Source of the DNA: a bacterium
GTDB lineage: Bacteria; Zhuqueibacterota; Zhuqueibacteria; Residuimicrobiales; Krinioviventaceae
NCBI GenBank assembly: GCA_963675755.2
Contig: CAXXMD010000003.1
Span: 2,368,001 to 2,432,000 of the forward strand
DNA: 64,000 nt
Direction of reading: 5' to 3'
Positions 1 to 9,915 of the stretch are shown in pieces (position 1 is the stretch's first letter; the number at the start of each line of letters is the position of its first letter). A program made the position numbers and the translations under genes. The notes under the pieces are model-generated. The model was not told the origin of the DNA. It was given only the letters and a program-made list of their open reading frames with translations, and did no database searches.

Positions 1-202
1 TGCTGTGGTTAGTATGACTGTATATAATACATTGGGCCAGAAAATTAAAACTCTGGTAAATACCAAAGTTCAAGCCGGTAACCATTCTGTTGTTTGGAAC
101 GGTACTGATGATTACAACCAAAATGTTGGTAGTGGTATTTATTACTGCCAGATCAAGTCTAATGACCTCAAGAAAACCATAAAGATGTTACTTGTGAGAT
201 AA
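1..202 (+). CDS. 3' end of a secreted protein: FlgD-Ig / type A sorting C-terminal domain (partial, gene starts before the window)
   Basis: VYNTLGQKIKTLVN..AGNHSVVWNGTDD..VGSGIYYCQI..TIKMLLVR* is the typical C-terminal sorting-domain pattern. Confidence 0.85.
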   Translation, partial: AVVSMTVYNTLGQKIKTLVNTKVQAGNHSVVWNGTDDYNQNVGSGIYYCQIKSNDLKKTIKMLLVR

Positions 203-411
203 CGCTAACATTTCTACTCAAGCACAATAAAGAATGATTGATTTTATTCTTTATTGTGCTTTTTTTTGTACTTTCAACAGATACTCCCGGAATGTTAAAT
301 ATTTTATAATTAATGGATATCAATATCTTTTTTATTCTTGATGATTGATGAAAATTTGGTATATTCAAATTCGAACCAGTATAAATACAACAGATAGATG
401 GAAGTGAGAAT

Positions 412-2256
412 ATGATGAAAAAATCTAACAATATTGATCGTCGTACGTTTTTAACTCGCTCTCTTTTGGGTCTGGGCGCAATCGGATTAAGCGAGTTTGC
501 AAATCCATTTGTAAAAACAACTATCGCTGCACAGGGCAAAAAACTCATCGCCACAACGGATTACAATGACAACCTTGCTGTGAACTATAATGGCACCCGA
601 TATGGTACACCGAAAAAGTGGCCGGATGAATTTTATAAAGACAATCGCTATTTTATGGATAGGGCACAATTGGATGATCTGCATAGAGAACTGGCTTCGA
701 TGGGAGTCACCCGGCATCAATTTATGTATAATCCCCGATCTACCTATTATGAAAATTATCCGCACGGATTTGATTTGCTTGCCGAGGTTGCTGATTCAGC
801 ACATAAATATGGTCTGGAAATATACAATGTTATAAAACCTTTTGAAAATGGTGGTTTTGCAGCATTTTTGCCAACAACAATGCCTTTTCCTGAACACTCT
901 GACGCTTTTAAGGACCTTCGCGGTATATGTCCCGGTGCATGGACTTTTGCTGCCGAACATCCTGAAATGAACCTAAAGAGAAAACCCGGAACTCCGGATG
1001 TTAAAGGTCCGGTAACAGCTATACGGCTCATCAAGAGTGATAATAGAAATTATAGAATTTCACAAGAGCATATATCAATATGGTCAAGCGCATCCAACAA
1101 TAATTTTGTAGAATATACGGGGCCTGTGAAATATGAGGAAACAGTGCTATCCCGGTATAGATTCCCCTATTGGCGGCAATGCAATGCCCTGGTTTTCTCG
1201 GGATTGCAGCTTCCAGAGAACCATAAATATATTTTGATCAAATGCAGTCTGGCAGATTCGCAAGGCAATTTTAGTAATGAATATGGCAATATTCTTGAGC
1301 TCCTGAATCAGGATGGTGAGATTATTCCACATACTATGGGCAAGGAGCCAGTTGATTTAAAAGACCATATGCGTATTTTTAAAAGTGATCTTCAATTGAA
1401 ACAGATCCGTTATTTACAGAATCCGTTGGTACAGGCAGAAATTAATAATCCTGAAAGAATGAAATACCATTATAATGATTTTTACAAGTTTGGGGAGAAT
1501 TTGTCTTCACAATGGACCACCTTGGATAAAGACGGATTTTTAATGGCAGTTTGTGGCAAGCCTGAATATATGCTTGGTACCTTGCATCCCATTTACCCCG
1601 AGGTAAGGGAAGAGTGGTTGAGATTGACAAAATATTGTCTGGATAGGGGAGCGGATGGCATCAATTTTAGGGCGGCCAACCATACCCGCATGGATGAGTT
1701 TTGGGAATATGGATATAATGAACCGGTATTAAAAGCATCTGGCGGAAAGACAGATTTTCCAACCATAAGTAAAATCAATGGAGATGCTTATACGCTTTTC
1801 CTGCGTCAGGCACGGGACCAGATCAAGAGCCGTGGCAAGAATATGACGATCCATTTACATACCACAATGCTTAAACCGGATGACCGAAAGCCTTCTACCA
1901 GTCTTCCGCCCAATTTTGAGTGGCAGTGGCCTACCTGGGTACAAGAAATTGGAGATGAGTTTGAATTACGCGGCAGTTTTACATTACGCCCCTGGCACCT
2001 GGATACAGTTATAGAAGTATTCAGCAAGGCAACAAATGCAGCTCGTAAACCTTTGTATTACCAGGGTGATTTTCATGGCATGTCGATGGAAAGGCCATAT
2101 TTATGCACTCCGAATGAAATAGATAGAGTTAACTCGGACCCTAATCTTGCAGGATTTGTAATGTATGAGACCGCGTATTATACACGTTTAACTGATGATT
2201 ATCGTATTGAAAAAAGTCAGGAAATGGCCGCGGTTGTGAAAAAATTAAATGAGTGA
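412..2256 (+). CDS. Tat-exported protein, possibly a glycoside-hydrolase-like TIM barrel
   Basis: 614 aa; twin-arginine signal DRRTFL; LHPIYPEVREEWL..GADGINFR resembles GH-like barrel segments; family uncertain. Confidence 0.6.
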   Translation: MMKKSNNIDRRTFLTRSLLGLGAIGLSEFANPFVKTTIAAQGKKLIATTDYNDNLAVNYNGTRYGTPKKWPDEFYKDNRYFMDRAQLDDLHRELASMGVTRHQFMYNPRSTYYENYPHGFDLLAEVADSAHKYGLEIYNVIKPFENGGFAAFLPTTMPFPEHSDAFKDLRGICPGAWTFAAEHPEMNLKRKPGTPDVKGPVTAIRLIKSDNRNYRISQEHISIWSSASNNNFVEYTGPVKYEETVLSRYRFPYWRQCNALVFSGLQLPENHKYILIKCSLADSQGNFSNEYGNILELLNQDGEIIPHTMGKEPVDLKDHMRIFKSDLQLKQIRYLQNPLVQAEINNPERMKYHYNDFYKFGENLSSQWTTLDKDGFLMAVCGKPEYMLGTLHPIYPEVREEWLRLTKYCLDRGADGINFRAANHTRMDEFWEYGYNEPVLKASGGKTDFPTISKINGDAYTLFLRQARDQIKSRGKNMTIHLHTTMLKPDDRKPSTSLPPNFEWQWPTWVQEIGDEFELRGSFTLRPWHLDTVIEVFSKATNAARKPLYYQGDFHGMSMERPYLCTPNEIDRVNSDPNLAGFVMYETAYYTRLTDDYRIEKSQEMAAVVKKLNE

Positions 2257-2347
2257 TTTGGTTTGCTCTAATAGAGAGCAAGTTTAATTATTTCTTGATT
2301 CTTTAAACTAACTGACTAAAGTATAATTGAATCAAATGAGGGGCACC

Positions 2348-3070
2348 ATGTCATCAGGGGACAAGCGGATTACAAATCTTGAAATACCATGTATGCAGTG
2401 CAAATATTATGCACCAGAAAGCGGTGCGTGTGAGAATATCCATGAAAACGTGCGGCTGAATCCCAAGCGTTTTTTGAAAAAATGCAACTGGAAGTATTTT
2501 GAACATGATGCTATTAAAGACGAACGGTTTCAGAAATGGAAAACGCAAGTTGAAGCCATTGCGCTGAACGAAAATGTGGGCGGGTGGTCTTTCTTTTTTG
2601 CTTCTCTTTCAATTATACCCCTAATTGGTTTAATCCCAACAATGATCTCGATTGTTTGGGGATTGATCAAAATCAAACACCGAGGATTGATTGTTATATT
2701 GATTGCGGTAAGCGGTACCATTTTGAGTATGTTGATACCATTTATTATTGTAATGATCATTATTGGACACCAGGGGCTGGCATTGCATGATTGGCAAATT
2801 CCACATATTGAAAACGATCTTGCAATTCTGGACAAAAAAGTTGAATTGTATCATGAAAGAAACAATGTCTATCCGGATTCTCTGCGACAGGTATTGCGAA
2901 CGCTAACATTGGAAGAAAAGTTGGAACTGTTTAATAAAGACCAGGGTAAAATGTTAAAAGCATATCATTATGAACATAAAGAGCCGGATGAATACCTGTT
3001 ATTTTTTGTGGGATTTGACAATAAACCCTTTACGGATGACGACATTTATCCGGTTGAAAATGACTCGTAG
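2348..3070 (+). CDS. Membrane protein: Cys-cluster N-terminus, 2 TM segments (DUF4190-like), GspG/pseudopilin-like C-terminus
   Basis: CMQCKYY..C..C; hydrophobic IIPLIGLIP and ILIAVSG segments; YPDSL...YLLFFVGFDNKPFTDDDI; start uncertain (2327-2348). Confidence 0.6.
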   Translation: MSSGDKRITNLEIPCMQCKYYAPESGACENIHENVRLNPKRFLKKCNWKYFEHDAIKDERFQKWKTQVEAIALNENVGGWSFFFASLSIIPLIGLIPTMISIVWGLIKIKHRGLIVILIAVSGTILSMLIPFIIVMIIIGHQGLALHDWQIPHIENDLAILDKKVELYHERNNVYPDSLRQVLRTLTLEEKLELFNKDQGKMLKAYHYEHKEPDEYLLFFVGFDNKPFTDDDIYPVENDS

Positions 3071-3090
3071 TAAATTCAAGGGGGCCGGTA

Positions 3091-4557
3091 TTGCGTATTT
3101 ATAAAATTGTTTTCCTGTGTTTGTTGCCACTCTGTTCTTTTCCCCAAAATGATTCAGTTCCTGGCGGGTATCGCCCGTTTTTTACTGCCTGGCTGCAGAA
3201 TTCTAATCAGCTAGCTGATTTTGTACAGCCGCAAGAGTTGGCTTTGTCTAATCGGTTGGGAACAACGTATAAAGGCGTACAGCACAAATTCATGATCTCT
3301 AATGATCTGGATGAGAATGTTAAACAACAAATGCTTGCGGGAGAGATCCCCTATACCTGTTCAGTAGAAGCGCTTGACAATGGATTTGACTGTCTTTTAT
3401 TGGATTTGCCTCAGCAACAACAAATGCGGTTTTATTTTCAGGATTCGTTGCTGATCTCTCGTCCTTCGTATTATGCAAAAGACTGGGAGCCGTTCGAGTC
3501 CGGATTTTTTGTGTTCCATGTCAGCGATGCTTGCTTGTACAATACCTATGCTACTGAGAGATTAGATGCGTTTGTCAGACAAATTGCAGAACTGATGGAT
3601 TTTTCAGAATCTGATATTGAACGTTTGCAGCGTGAAAAAATCCATTATTTTTTGTGCCGAGATGATATAGAGATTGAACAGTTGACCGGCTATGTATCTC
3701 GCGGTCAGTTTTACATTCCTTATGATTATGTGATATCCACTTTTAATTGTCATTATCACGAGTTGATCCATTTACTGATCAATTATAAATTGGGCGAGCT
3801 TCCCTTGTATACCCAGCCGTTTTTGCAGGAAGGGCTTGCGGTTGCGTTGGGTGGCCGCGGCGGCAAAGAACCGGGTGTGATACTGGATTTGGGACATTTT
3901 GTGTTGAACAGCGGATTTTTGGATTATAAAACCCTGCTGAGTAGAAATGGTTTTTATAGTATGGATGCTTCCATGAGTTACCCTGCTTCAGGATTGTATA
4001 CCCGATTTTTGATCGATACTCTGGGATTTGATGCGTATGAGCAATTGTATGAGAAATATAGCGGCAGTATTGATCAAGTTGAGAAACATCCAATCAATAC
4101 AACGGATTTGCCTGATGAAACAATATGGCAGCAATATTTAGCGAGGTTTGGGGATAAAGATGTTTTACCCGCTACCGGAAATGCTGAAAACATGATCGGT
4201 TTTATCAAAGGTAAAGAATATATGGTTGCGCAGAACCGGGATTGGTATCTGTTTGTAACGCAAAAAGACCTGCTTGTGAGCACCCAAAACCGCCACCCGG
4301 ATTATGACAGCAAGTTGTTCAAAGAGCTGTTTCCGAATCGAGATTACAAGTCTGAAAAATACGCAATCCGGGTTTCTGCGAGCGAGATATCTGTTTACAA
4401 CCTGTTTACAAACAATCTCATTGCCAAATATGCAAGTGGATTCAGTACAGATATGAAACCAATTCCTGTTGATGAGCATGAGAGTTTTCGGTTTTTGGTG
4501 CGCAAAACTGTGTTTGATGAAGACCTGGATGGAAACTCAATCAAGGTTGTAGATTGA
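3091..4557 (+). CDS. Secreted gluzincin-type metallopeptidase-like protein
   Basis: Signal peptide; HELIH followed by FLQEGLA (HExxH...E); TTG start. Confidence 0.65.
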   Translation: MRIYKIVFLCLLPLCSFPQNDSVPGGYRPFFTAWLQNSNQLADFVQPQELALSNRLGTTYKGVQHKFMISNDLDENVKQQMLAGEIPYTCSVEALDNGFDCLLLDLPQQQQMRFYFQDSLLISRPSYYAKDWEPFESGFFVFHVSDACLYNTYATERLDAFVRQIAELMDFSESDIERLQREKIHYFLCRDDIEIEQLTGYVSRGQFYIPYDYVISTFNCHYHELIHLLINYKLGELPLYTQPFLQEGLAVALGGRGGKEPGVILDLGHFVLNSGFLDYKTLLSRNGFYSMDASMSYPASGLYTRFLIDTLGFDAYEQLYEKYSGSIDQVEKHPINTTDLPDETIWQQYLARFGDKDVLPATGNAENMIGFIKGKEYMVAQNRDWYLFVTQKDLLVSTQNRHPDYDSKLFKELFPNRDYKSEKYAIRVSASEISVYNLFTNNLIAKYASGFSTDMKPIPVDEHESFRFLVRKTVFDEDLDGNSIKVVD

Positions 4558-4616
4558 GTTTTGACGAGTGCAAGTTGGATTTTGTAGGTGAAAAAATGTT
4601 TGTTTGTGAATTGAAG

Positions 4617-5159
4617 CTAATGTATAAAATACATTAATCCAAAAACAGCTCCGGGAACGGTCCATTTGTCATTGATATTGCCGAATGCTAGCAAGTTTAA
4701 ACGCCAGTTATCGTTACCCAAAAAGACTTGCCCTTGAATTGCTCCGGATACTCCCTGAAAAGGGTAAAAGACAAATCTTTCTTTTGCACGTATCCATTCG
4801 GTCTCTGCTCCCCAGGAATATCCACCACCCAAAGATACGGCTGCTCCCAAATGTCCTTTTATATACTGTTTCCCAAATAGGATGCTGATGTTTTTTATAT
4901 ACTCGTGTTCGTCACTGCTATCGAAACCAATGATATCGATAGAATTGCTATAGCAAATACTGAGATAGTCCCGGTCCCAGGTATAAGCATATTGCACCAA
5001 ATTAGAGACCCAACCGTTTTCTGTGTCCTGGTTGCGAATGGCACCCACATTCAGACTGAGCCAGTGACGATGTACAACATATTCATTTTTTTGATCGTTT
5101 TGCCCCAAAAGGGATGTTGAAATCAAGAGGATACAAACCAGCCATGTATTGTGTCTCAT
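4617..5159 (-). CDS. Hypothetical exported / outer-membrane beta-barrel protein
   Basis: Start reassigned to MRHNTWLV (ATG 5159, GAGG upstream, TAATG overlap with the upstream stop); alternating aromatic strands. Confidence 0.6.
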   Translation of the reverse strand: MRHNTWLVCILLISTSLLGQNDQKNEYVVHRHWLSLNVGAIRNQDTENGWVSNLVQYAYTWDRDYLSICYSNSIDIIGFDSSDEHEYIKNISILFGKQYIKGHLGAAVSLGGGYSWGAETEWIRAKERFVFYPFQGVSGAIQGQVFLGNDNWRLNLLAFGNINDKWTVPGAVFGLMYFIH

Positions 5160-5713
5160 TATTTGTACCTCTTGCTTGATATATGAAAGGATAACGTTGC
5201 AAGTACCGGCGCACCGGCCAATACACCCCACCCCATTTCAGTTCTGTTATAAATATATATTCCAACAAGGGTACCCAGTATGCTGCCGGCAATGGTCGCC
5301 GTACGGGAAGCCTGAATGCCACGGTTCTCTCCGGCTTTGTGTATGGCATAACCGTTCCCCAGCACATAGCCGATTGAAGCACCGATGGCGTATCCTGTTC
5401 CTATGGACATTTCATGTTTGTCCGAGTTTTCAAAATCTGCAAGCAGGCACATGGTACCCAGTCCGCTCAAAATCCCAATTACCGAGCCTTCAATAGGTCC
5501 TATCACCAATTGCTTTGCGGCAACCCATGCGGCGGGTTGGGATTGATAATAATTTGATTTTGACATTAAAGGTGTGGGAGTTTCATTGCTTTGATAAGAT
5601 GTGAATTCTACAGGGGGGAGAACAGAACTTAACCTGGTTTGAGAATACAATTCTACATCATTGAATACCAACAGCAACAGTAGAGCAATACTACAAGGTT
5701 TCAGTAGAAGCAT
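5159..5713 (-). CDS. Hypothetical Gly-rich membrane protein
   Basis: 184 aa, signal peptide, glycine-zipper-like hydrophobic segments; coupled to the downstream gene. Confidence 0.6.
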   Translation of the reverse strand: MLLLKPCSIALLLLLVFNDVELYSQTRLSSVLPPVEFTSYQSNETPTPLMSKSNYYQSQPAAWVAAKQLVIGPIEGSVIGILSGLGTMCLLADFENSDKHEMSIGTGYAIGASIGYVLGNGYAIHKAGENRGIQASRTATIAGSILGTLVGIYIYNRTEMGWGVLAGAPVLATLSFHISSKRYK

Positions 5714-5795
5714 AATATTACCTGTATATTTAATAGAGTTGAGAGGTGGTTTTTCCCATTTTTAAAAAAGTATTGTAAATAAATGATTGAGTGAA

Positions 5796-6077
5796 TTAAT
5801 CACACCCCGCCCAGCCGGTACCGTTACATACACTACATCTGCACTTGCGGCGCCAGTTTATCTTTTCGCGTCCGGTCCCATTGCAGGCAGCGCATTCACA
5901 TCCGTCACCATACTTGTCAGGATATACGGGAACCGAACCAGCTCCGCCACAGGCTGGACAATAGCGGTCATCACGGTGTTTTTTGCGTGATAAAAGTCCA
6001 GCTCCACCGCAAAACCTACAGGGTACCATTACTTTACCTATTACAGGTGTTTCATAATGATCGTTTTTCATATTCAA
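5796..6077 (-). CDS. Small stand-alone DnaJ-type zinc-finger protein
   Basis: Four CxxCxGxG motifs (CRFCGGAG, CPACGGAG, CAACNGTG, CSVCNGTG); no J domain. Confidence 0.75.
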   Translation of the reverse strand: MNMKNDHYETPVIGKVMVPCRFCGGAGLLSRKKHRDDRYCPACGGAGSVPVYPDKYGDGCECAACNGTGREKINWRRKCRCSVCNGTGWAGCD

Positions 6078-6271
6078 TTTAATTTAATAATGAGGTTGTT
6101 ATTACCCGTTTATTTAATTACACATTTCCACCAAAATATGCAAGAAATTTTTGTCTGTATCTGGATATTTAAATGACCACGTTTTTCTAAAATTCAATAA
6201 AAACAGGATTGGCGAATTGTTTAGCCCCCTTTACAGAATCGTCTTTTGAAAACGGTTTAATTTATCAATCG

Positions 6272-7195
6272 TTAATACCCCGTACGGTCTTTAGATTTGG
6301 GATCATCAACCGTTTCACCGCTGTTGAGCTTGCCATCTATAGTCTCAGCGCGAAATGGCTCGCTGGGATCATAAAATTTCTGATTGATATCAATATCCGA
6401 GATGAGTACTCCGGCTTTGTTGCGTTTTAGCTTGGATTCTACCAGTCCATCCGGTGTAATAAAATAGCACGGCCAACTGTGTTTTGCGCTTGAATTGGTG
6501 AGCGAGACATACATGGCATTGGTTCCGGCACGTGCCTGGGCAGTGACCGGCATAATTTTGGGATGGATGCAATCTTTTTTGTGCCGCGCATTGTAGAACG
6601 AGTGAAACATGACACGTACGCCCAGCTTGGAGTATTGCCGATAAAGCTCGGGGAAACGGATATCGTAACAGATCAAGAGTCCGCATTTGACTCCATTGAT
6701 ATCAAAAGTGACAAAATGATCTCCCGGTGAATAGTGATCCAGATCACCTGTGGTACAAAAGCGTTTGTCGTAACGGTCTGTAATTTCACCTTCGGGTGAG
6801 ATGAGATACAAGCTGTTGTGGGGTTTGTTGCCATCAGATAGCTGGTGCGTGCTGCCCAAAAGGACCCAAATGTCCAACTCGTCAGCCAGTTTTATGATGT
6901 TTGTTGTTTCCTGATGGAGAAGCGGCCAGTTCAATACCTGAAGCGTTTCAATATCTGCGCCGCCATAGCCGGATAATGCGCATTCCGGAAACTGTACCAG
7001 TTCTGCTCCTTGCTTTGCGGCATTTCGTATTTGTTTCTGAATCCACTCCGAGTTCTCTACAATATTTCCCGAAACCGGGAACTGGCATGCTGCAATACGT
7101 AATGTGCCGGATTTGGAATCAGACGCACCAAAAGAAGCGATAACACTTGAAAGGATAAAAAAAATAGAAAAGACAATAGTGTTGAATCTGGTCAT
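6272..7195 (-). CDS. Carbon-nitrogen hydrolase (nitrilase superfamily) with signal peptide
   Basis: E-K-C triad motifs FPEC, RYDK, ICYDIRFPE. Confidence 0.9.
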   Translation of the reverse strand: MTRFNTIVFSIFFILSSVIASFGASDSKSGTLRIAACQFPVSGNIVENSEWIQKQIRNAAKQGAELVQFPECALSGYGGADIETLQVLNWPLLHQETTNIIKLADELDIWVLLGSTHQLSDGNKPHNSLYLISPEGEITDRYDKRFCTTGDLDHYSPGDHFVTFDINGVKCGLLICYDIRFPELYRQYSKLGVRVMFHSFYNARHKKDCIHPKIMPVTAQARAGTNAMYVSLTNSSAKHSWPCYFITPDGLVESKLKRNKAGVLISDIDINQKFYDPSEPFRAETIDGKLNSGETVDDPKSKDRTGY

Positions 7196-7222
7196 GATAA
7201 CAACTCCCCATTAATATAAAAT

Positions 7223-7255
7223 AAAAAAAGGTCTCTTAATATAAGAGACCTTTTT
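7223..7255 (-). terminator. Intrinsic terminator
   Basis: AAAAAGGTCTCTTA-ATA-TAAGAGACCTTTTT perfect stem with A/T tracts, just after the oxidoreductase gene. Confidence 0.75.
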
Positions 7256-7268
7256 CAATATGTCAATA

Positions 7269-8810
7269 TTAACCTTTTTTCTCTTCCTGTTTTTCAGCGC
7301 CAGGACCACCTTGTTCGCCAGGTCTGCGGCGCGGGGGACGTCTTCTTTCAATCTTTTTCGGCATGGGTAAAGATTCTGTCTTTGTTGGCATTGCCGGATA
7401 ATCAGGATATCCAATTCCCTTAACCAGGTCTGCAATCACTACATCTTTGTTTGTTTCAAAACAAATGTTAGCTGCAACACCCGTCAGAATTGAATATGCG
7501 CCTGAACGTTGGTCTGCCGCGCGTTGATATTTGTCTTCTTTCTTTTCCGGTAAAAAGATATCGTCAAGCATCACCTGATCACCACCGCCATGGCCGCCTT
7601 CACCAGACCAGGGTTCATAATCTTTGGGTGCTCCGCGCAAGGGAATAACTCGTGTGGTTGCACCTTGAATGCCGCCTTGAACGGTATTGGTTCCACTTAC
7701 ATAGATCTGTTCTACAATCTGGTGTTCCAAACGTCCTTTGGTACCATTGAAATTAACCATGTAACCTTCCCAGGCGTTGAACGCGTTCAAAGAATATGAC
7801 ATTTGAACCTTGTTGTCGTATTCAACAGCCAAAACCATGGTGTCTTCAATATCAATGTCGGGGCGGAAAACGCAACGGTCACGGAAATAACCATCATATT
7901 TTTCATTTTCTAGATAGAGTTCTTTTAAACCCCAGCTGTTTTCGAGATCAAGTACAAAGGTACATTTGTCTTTTTCGGGACAGGTATGGCAGCGTTCATG
8001 ATGGCTGTTTAAACCAATGCGTTTGGCCATTTCAGGAGTGTAATATTCTCTTTTGCCTTTTGCCATAACAGATACTGGCACTGCAGATAACCACCAGTTT
8101 ACCAGATCAAAATGGTGGGTAGCTTTATGCACCATTAAACCGCCCGAGAATTTTTTCTGACTGTGCCAGCGACGGAAATAATCAGCGCCATGCTGAGTAT
8201 TGAGCAGCCAGTGAAAATCGACAGACAGAATGTCACCAATTTCACCACTCATTAAAATATCTTTAACCTGAGATCTGGGAGGAGAGTAGCGATAGTTAAA
8301 AGTTACTTTACAATTTTTGCCGGTACTTTTTTGGGTGTCGATGATTTTTTGACATTTTTCAGCATCAATGGTCATGGGTTTTTCGGTAATTACATCGCAT
8401 CCCAGTTCCATACCTCTGATAACATATTTATGGTGAAAACCATCAACTGTGGTAACAATGATTACATCGGGTTTGGTTTTTTCTACCATTTCATCAAAGT
8501 CGTCTGCTGCAAAAATAGGAACATCCTGACCAGTTGCTTCTTTGGCCTGCGCTTGCGCCATTTTCAAACGACCTTCGTTGGTGTCACAAAAGCCGACATA
8601 TTCACAATGATCTTTATATGTATCCAGAATAGCACGACGATACATGTGTGAACGTGCGCCAACACCCACATGAGCAAATCGTTTTTTACGATCTTGAGCC
8701 TTTATGGCAGTGGGGTAACTGTTGGCGGCCATAACTGCGGCACCTGTTGCTGCAGTCGTTTTGATAAAATCCCTGCGGTTCAATCCATTTTTTTCTAATT
8801 GATTTCCCAT
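7269..8810 (-). CDS. Tat-exported Gfo/Idh/MocA-family oxidoreductase
   Basis: NRRDFIK Tat signal; VGVGAR Rossmann start; ITEKPM; GGLMVHKATHHFD. Confidence 0.9.
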   Translation of the reverse strand: MGNQLEKNGLNRRDFIKTTAATGAAVMAANSYPTAIKAQDRKKRFAHVGVGARSHMYRRAILDTYKDHCEYVGFCDTNEGRLKMAQAQAKEATGQDVPIFAADDFDEMVEKTKPDVIIVTTVDGFHHKYVIRGMELGCDVITEKPMTIDAEKCQKIIDTQKSTGKNCKVTFNYRYSPPRSQVKDILMSGEIGDILSVDFHWLLNTQHGADYFRRWHSQKKFSGGLMVHKATHHFDLVNWWLSAVPVSVMAKGKREYYTPEMAKRIGLNSHHERCHTCPEKDKCTFVLDLENSWGLKELYLENEKYDGYFRDRCVFRPDIDIEDTMVLAVEYDNKVQMSYSLNAFNAWEGYMVNFNGTKGRLEHQIVEQIYVSGTNTVQGGIQGATTRVIPLRGAPKDYEPWSGEGGHGGGDQVMLDDIFLPEKKEDKYQRAADQRSGAYSILTGVAANICFETNKDVVIADLVKGIGYPDYPAMPTKTESLPMPKKIERRRPPRRRPGEQGGPGAEKQEEKKG

Positions 8811-8834
8811 GTTTCCTCCAAAAATGATATAATA

Positions 8835-9683
8835 TTACATTTTATGTATTTCATTAAAGATTGACTCTATTAATCGTTCCTCCTTATTATCAAATTCGTT
8901 TTTTATTTCAGAGAGAGATTTTTGTTCATTTATCATATTTTTTATTTTTGATTGCTTTTGTTTCATTGCTGTTATATGGGTTTCTATGTCCGTTCGATTA
9001 AGCACATCACTGTGCCCTGAATAGAATTGTTCCGCGTCAAGTGTCTTCAACATATTTTGCAATGTTTTAACGTGCTCGAATGAATTTCCGTTTTTATGAG
9101 AATGGATCAATTGGGGTCTGTCTGCAAATACCTGGTCACCCATAAATGCAATTTTAGATTCCGGAAAATAAACAACAATATCTCCGGTGGTATGGCCAAC
9201 ACCAAAATAATACAATTCTATAGATTGTTGCCCGGTGTGGATAGTCAAGTTGTCTTGAAACGTAACGCCAGGTATGAATGGGTACAATTCCGGGGATTGC
9301 CATTCTGATGGATTTCCGTTTCTGTCCGGAAGGAAAAAGTCATTACGACAGTTTTCATGTGCAATAATGGTAACAGAAGGGAGTACATAACGGTTTCCAT
9401 TTACATGGTCGCCATCGCTGTGTGTGTTGATGAGATATTTTACAGGTTTGTCTGTTAGATTTTTGATTGCGTCCAGTGTCTCATCAACATGCTGTTTGGT
9501 CATTTTAATGTCAATGAGAACAACGGCATCCTGGCCAATAAAAATACCGCTATTGGCGCCACGACCGCCTTTGACAAGATACAAATTTTCAGCAATTGGA
9601 GAAAATTGAACCGGTTCAGGTTCTGTTTGTGAAAAAGCTGTTACGGAGAAGAGCAATAAGAACGATACAAAAAGGACTTTCAT
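8835..9683 (-). CDS. Exported MBL-fold metallohydrolase (cyclase-like)
   Basis: NTHSDGDHVNGN, GHTTGD, GD, SGH motifs; signal peptide. Confidence 0.85.
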   Translation of the reverse strand: MKVLFVSFLLLFSVTAFSQTEPEPVQFSPIAENLYLVKGGRGANSGIFIGQDAVVLIDIKMTKQHVDETLDAIKNLTDKPVKYLINTHSDGDHVNGNRYVLPSVTIIAHENCRNDFFLPDRNGNPSEWQSPELYPFIPGVTFQDNLTIHTGQQSIELYYFGVGHTTGDIVVYFPESKIAFMGDQVFADRPQLIHSHKNGNSFEHVKTLQNMLKTLDAEQFYSGHSDVLNRTDIETHITAMKQKQSKIKNMINEQKSLSEIKNEFDNKEERLIESIFNEIHKM

Positions 9684-9915
9684 ATTCTACCCTTGATATG
9701 TATGTTTTACATTATTGAACAGTTCCATGGGTTGCTTTTTTTATGCGTATTATTTAAATGTATAAATTTGAAAAATAACAAACAAGCATTGTTGGTTTTT
9801 GATCTATATTAATAACGTTCTAATTGTGAAAAAGTTTTGTGCTTTTGTGAATTTATTTCATTTTAACTAACTGTTTATTGCCTTTGAATAAATAGATCGT
9901 TAAGTTTATACAATT

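Noticed and set aside
3492-3501. GTTCGAGTCC tRNA T-loop-like motif
   Set aside because: Inside a coding region, with no acceptor stem or cloverleaf
8835-9683. Metallo-beta-lactamase resistance gene
   Set aside because: The HSDGDH motif and overall pattern fit generic cyclase-like MBL hydrolases; nothing indicates a class B beta-lactamase
9684-9915. Riboswitch upstream of nhaC
   Set aside because: Very AT-rich; I recognise no aptamer motif or terminator
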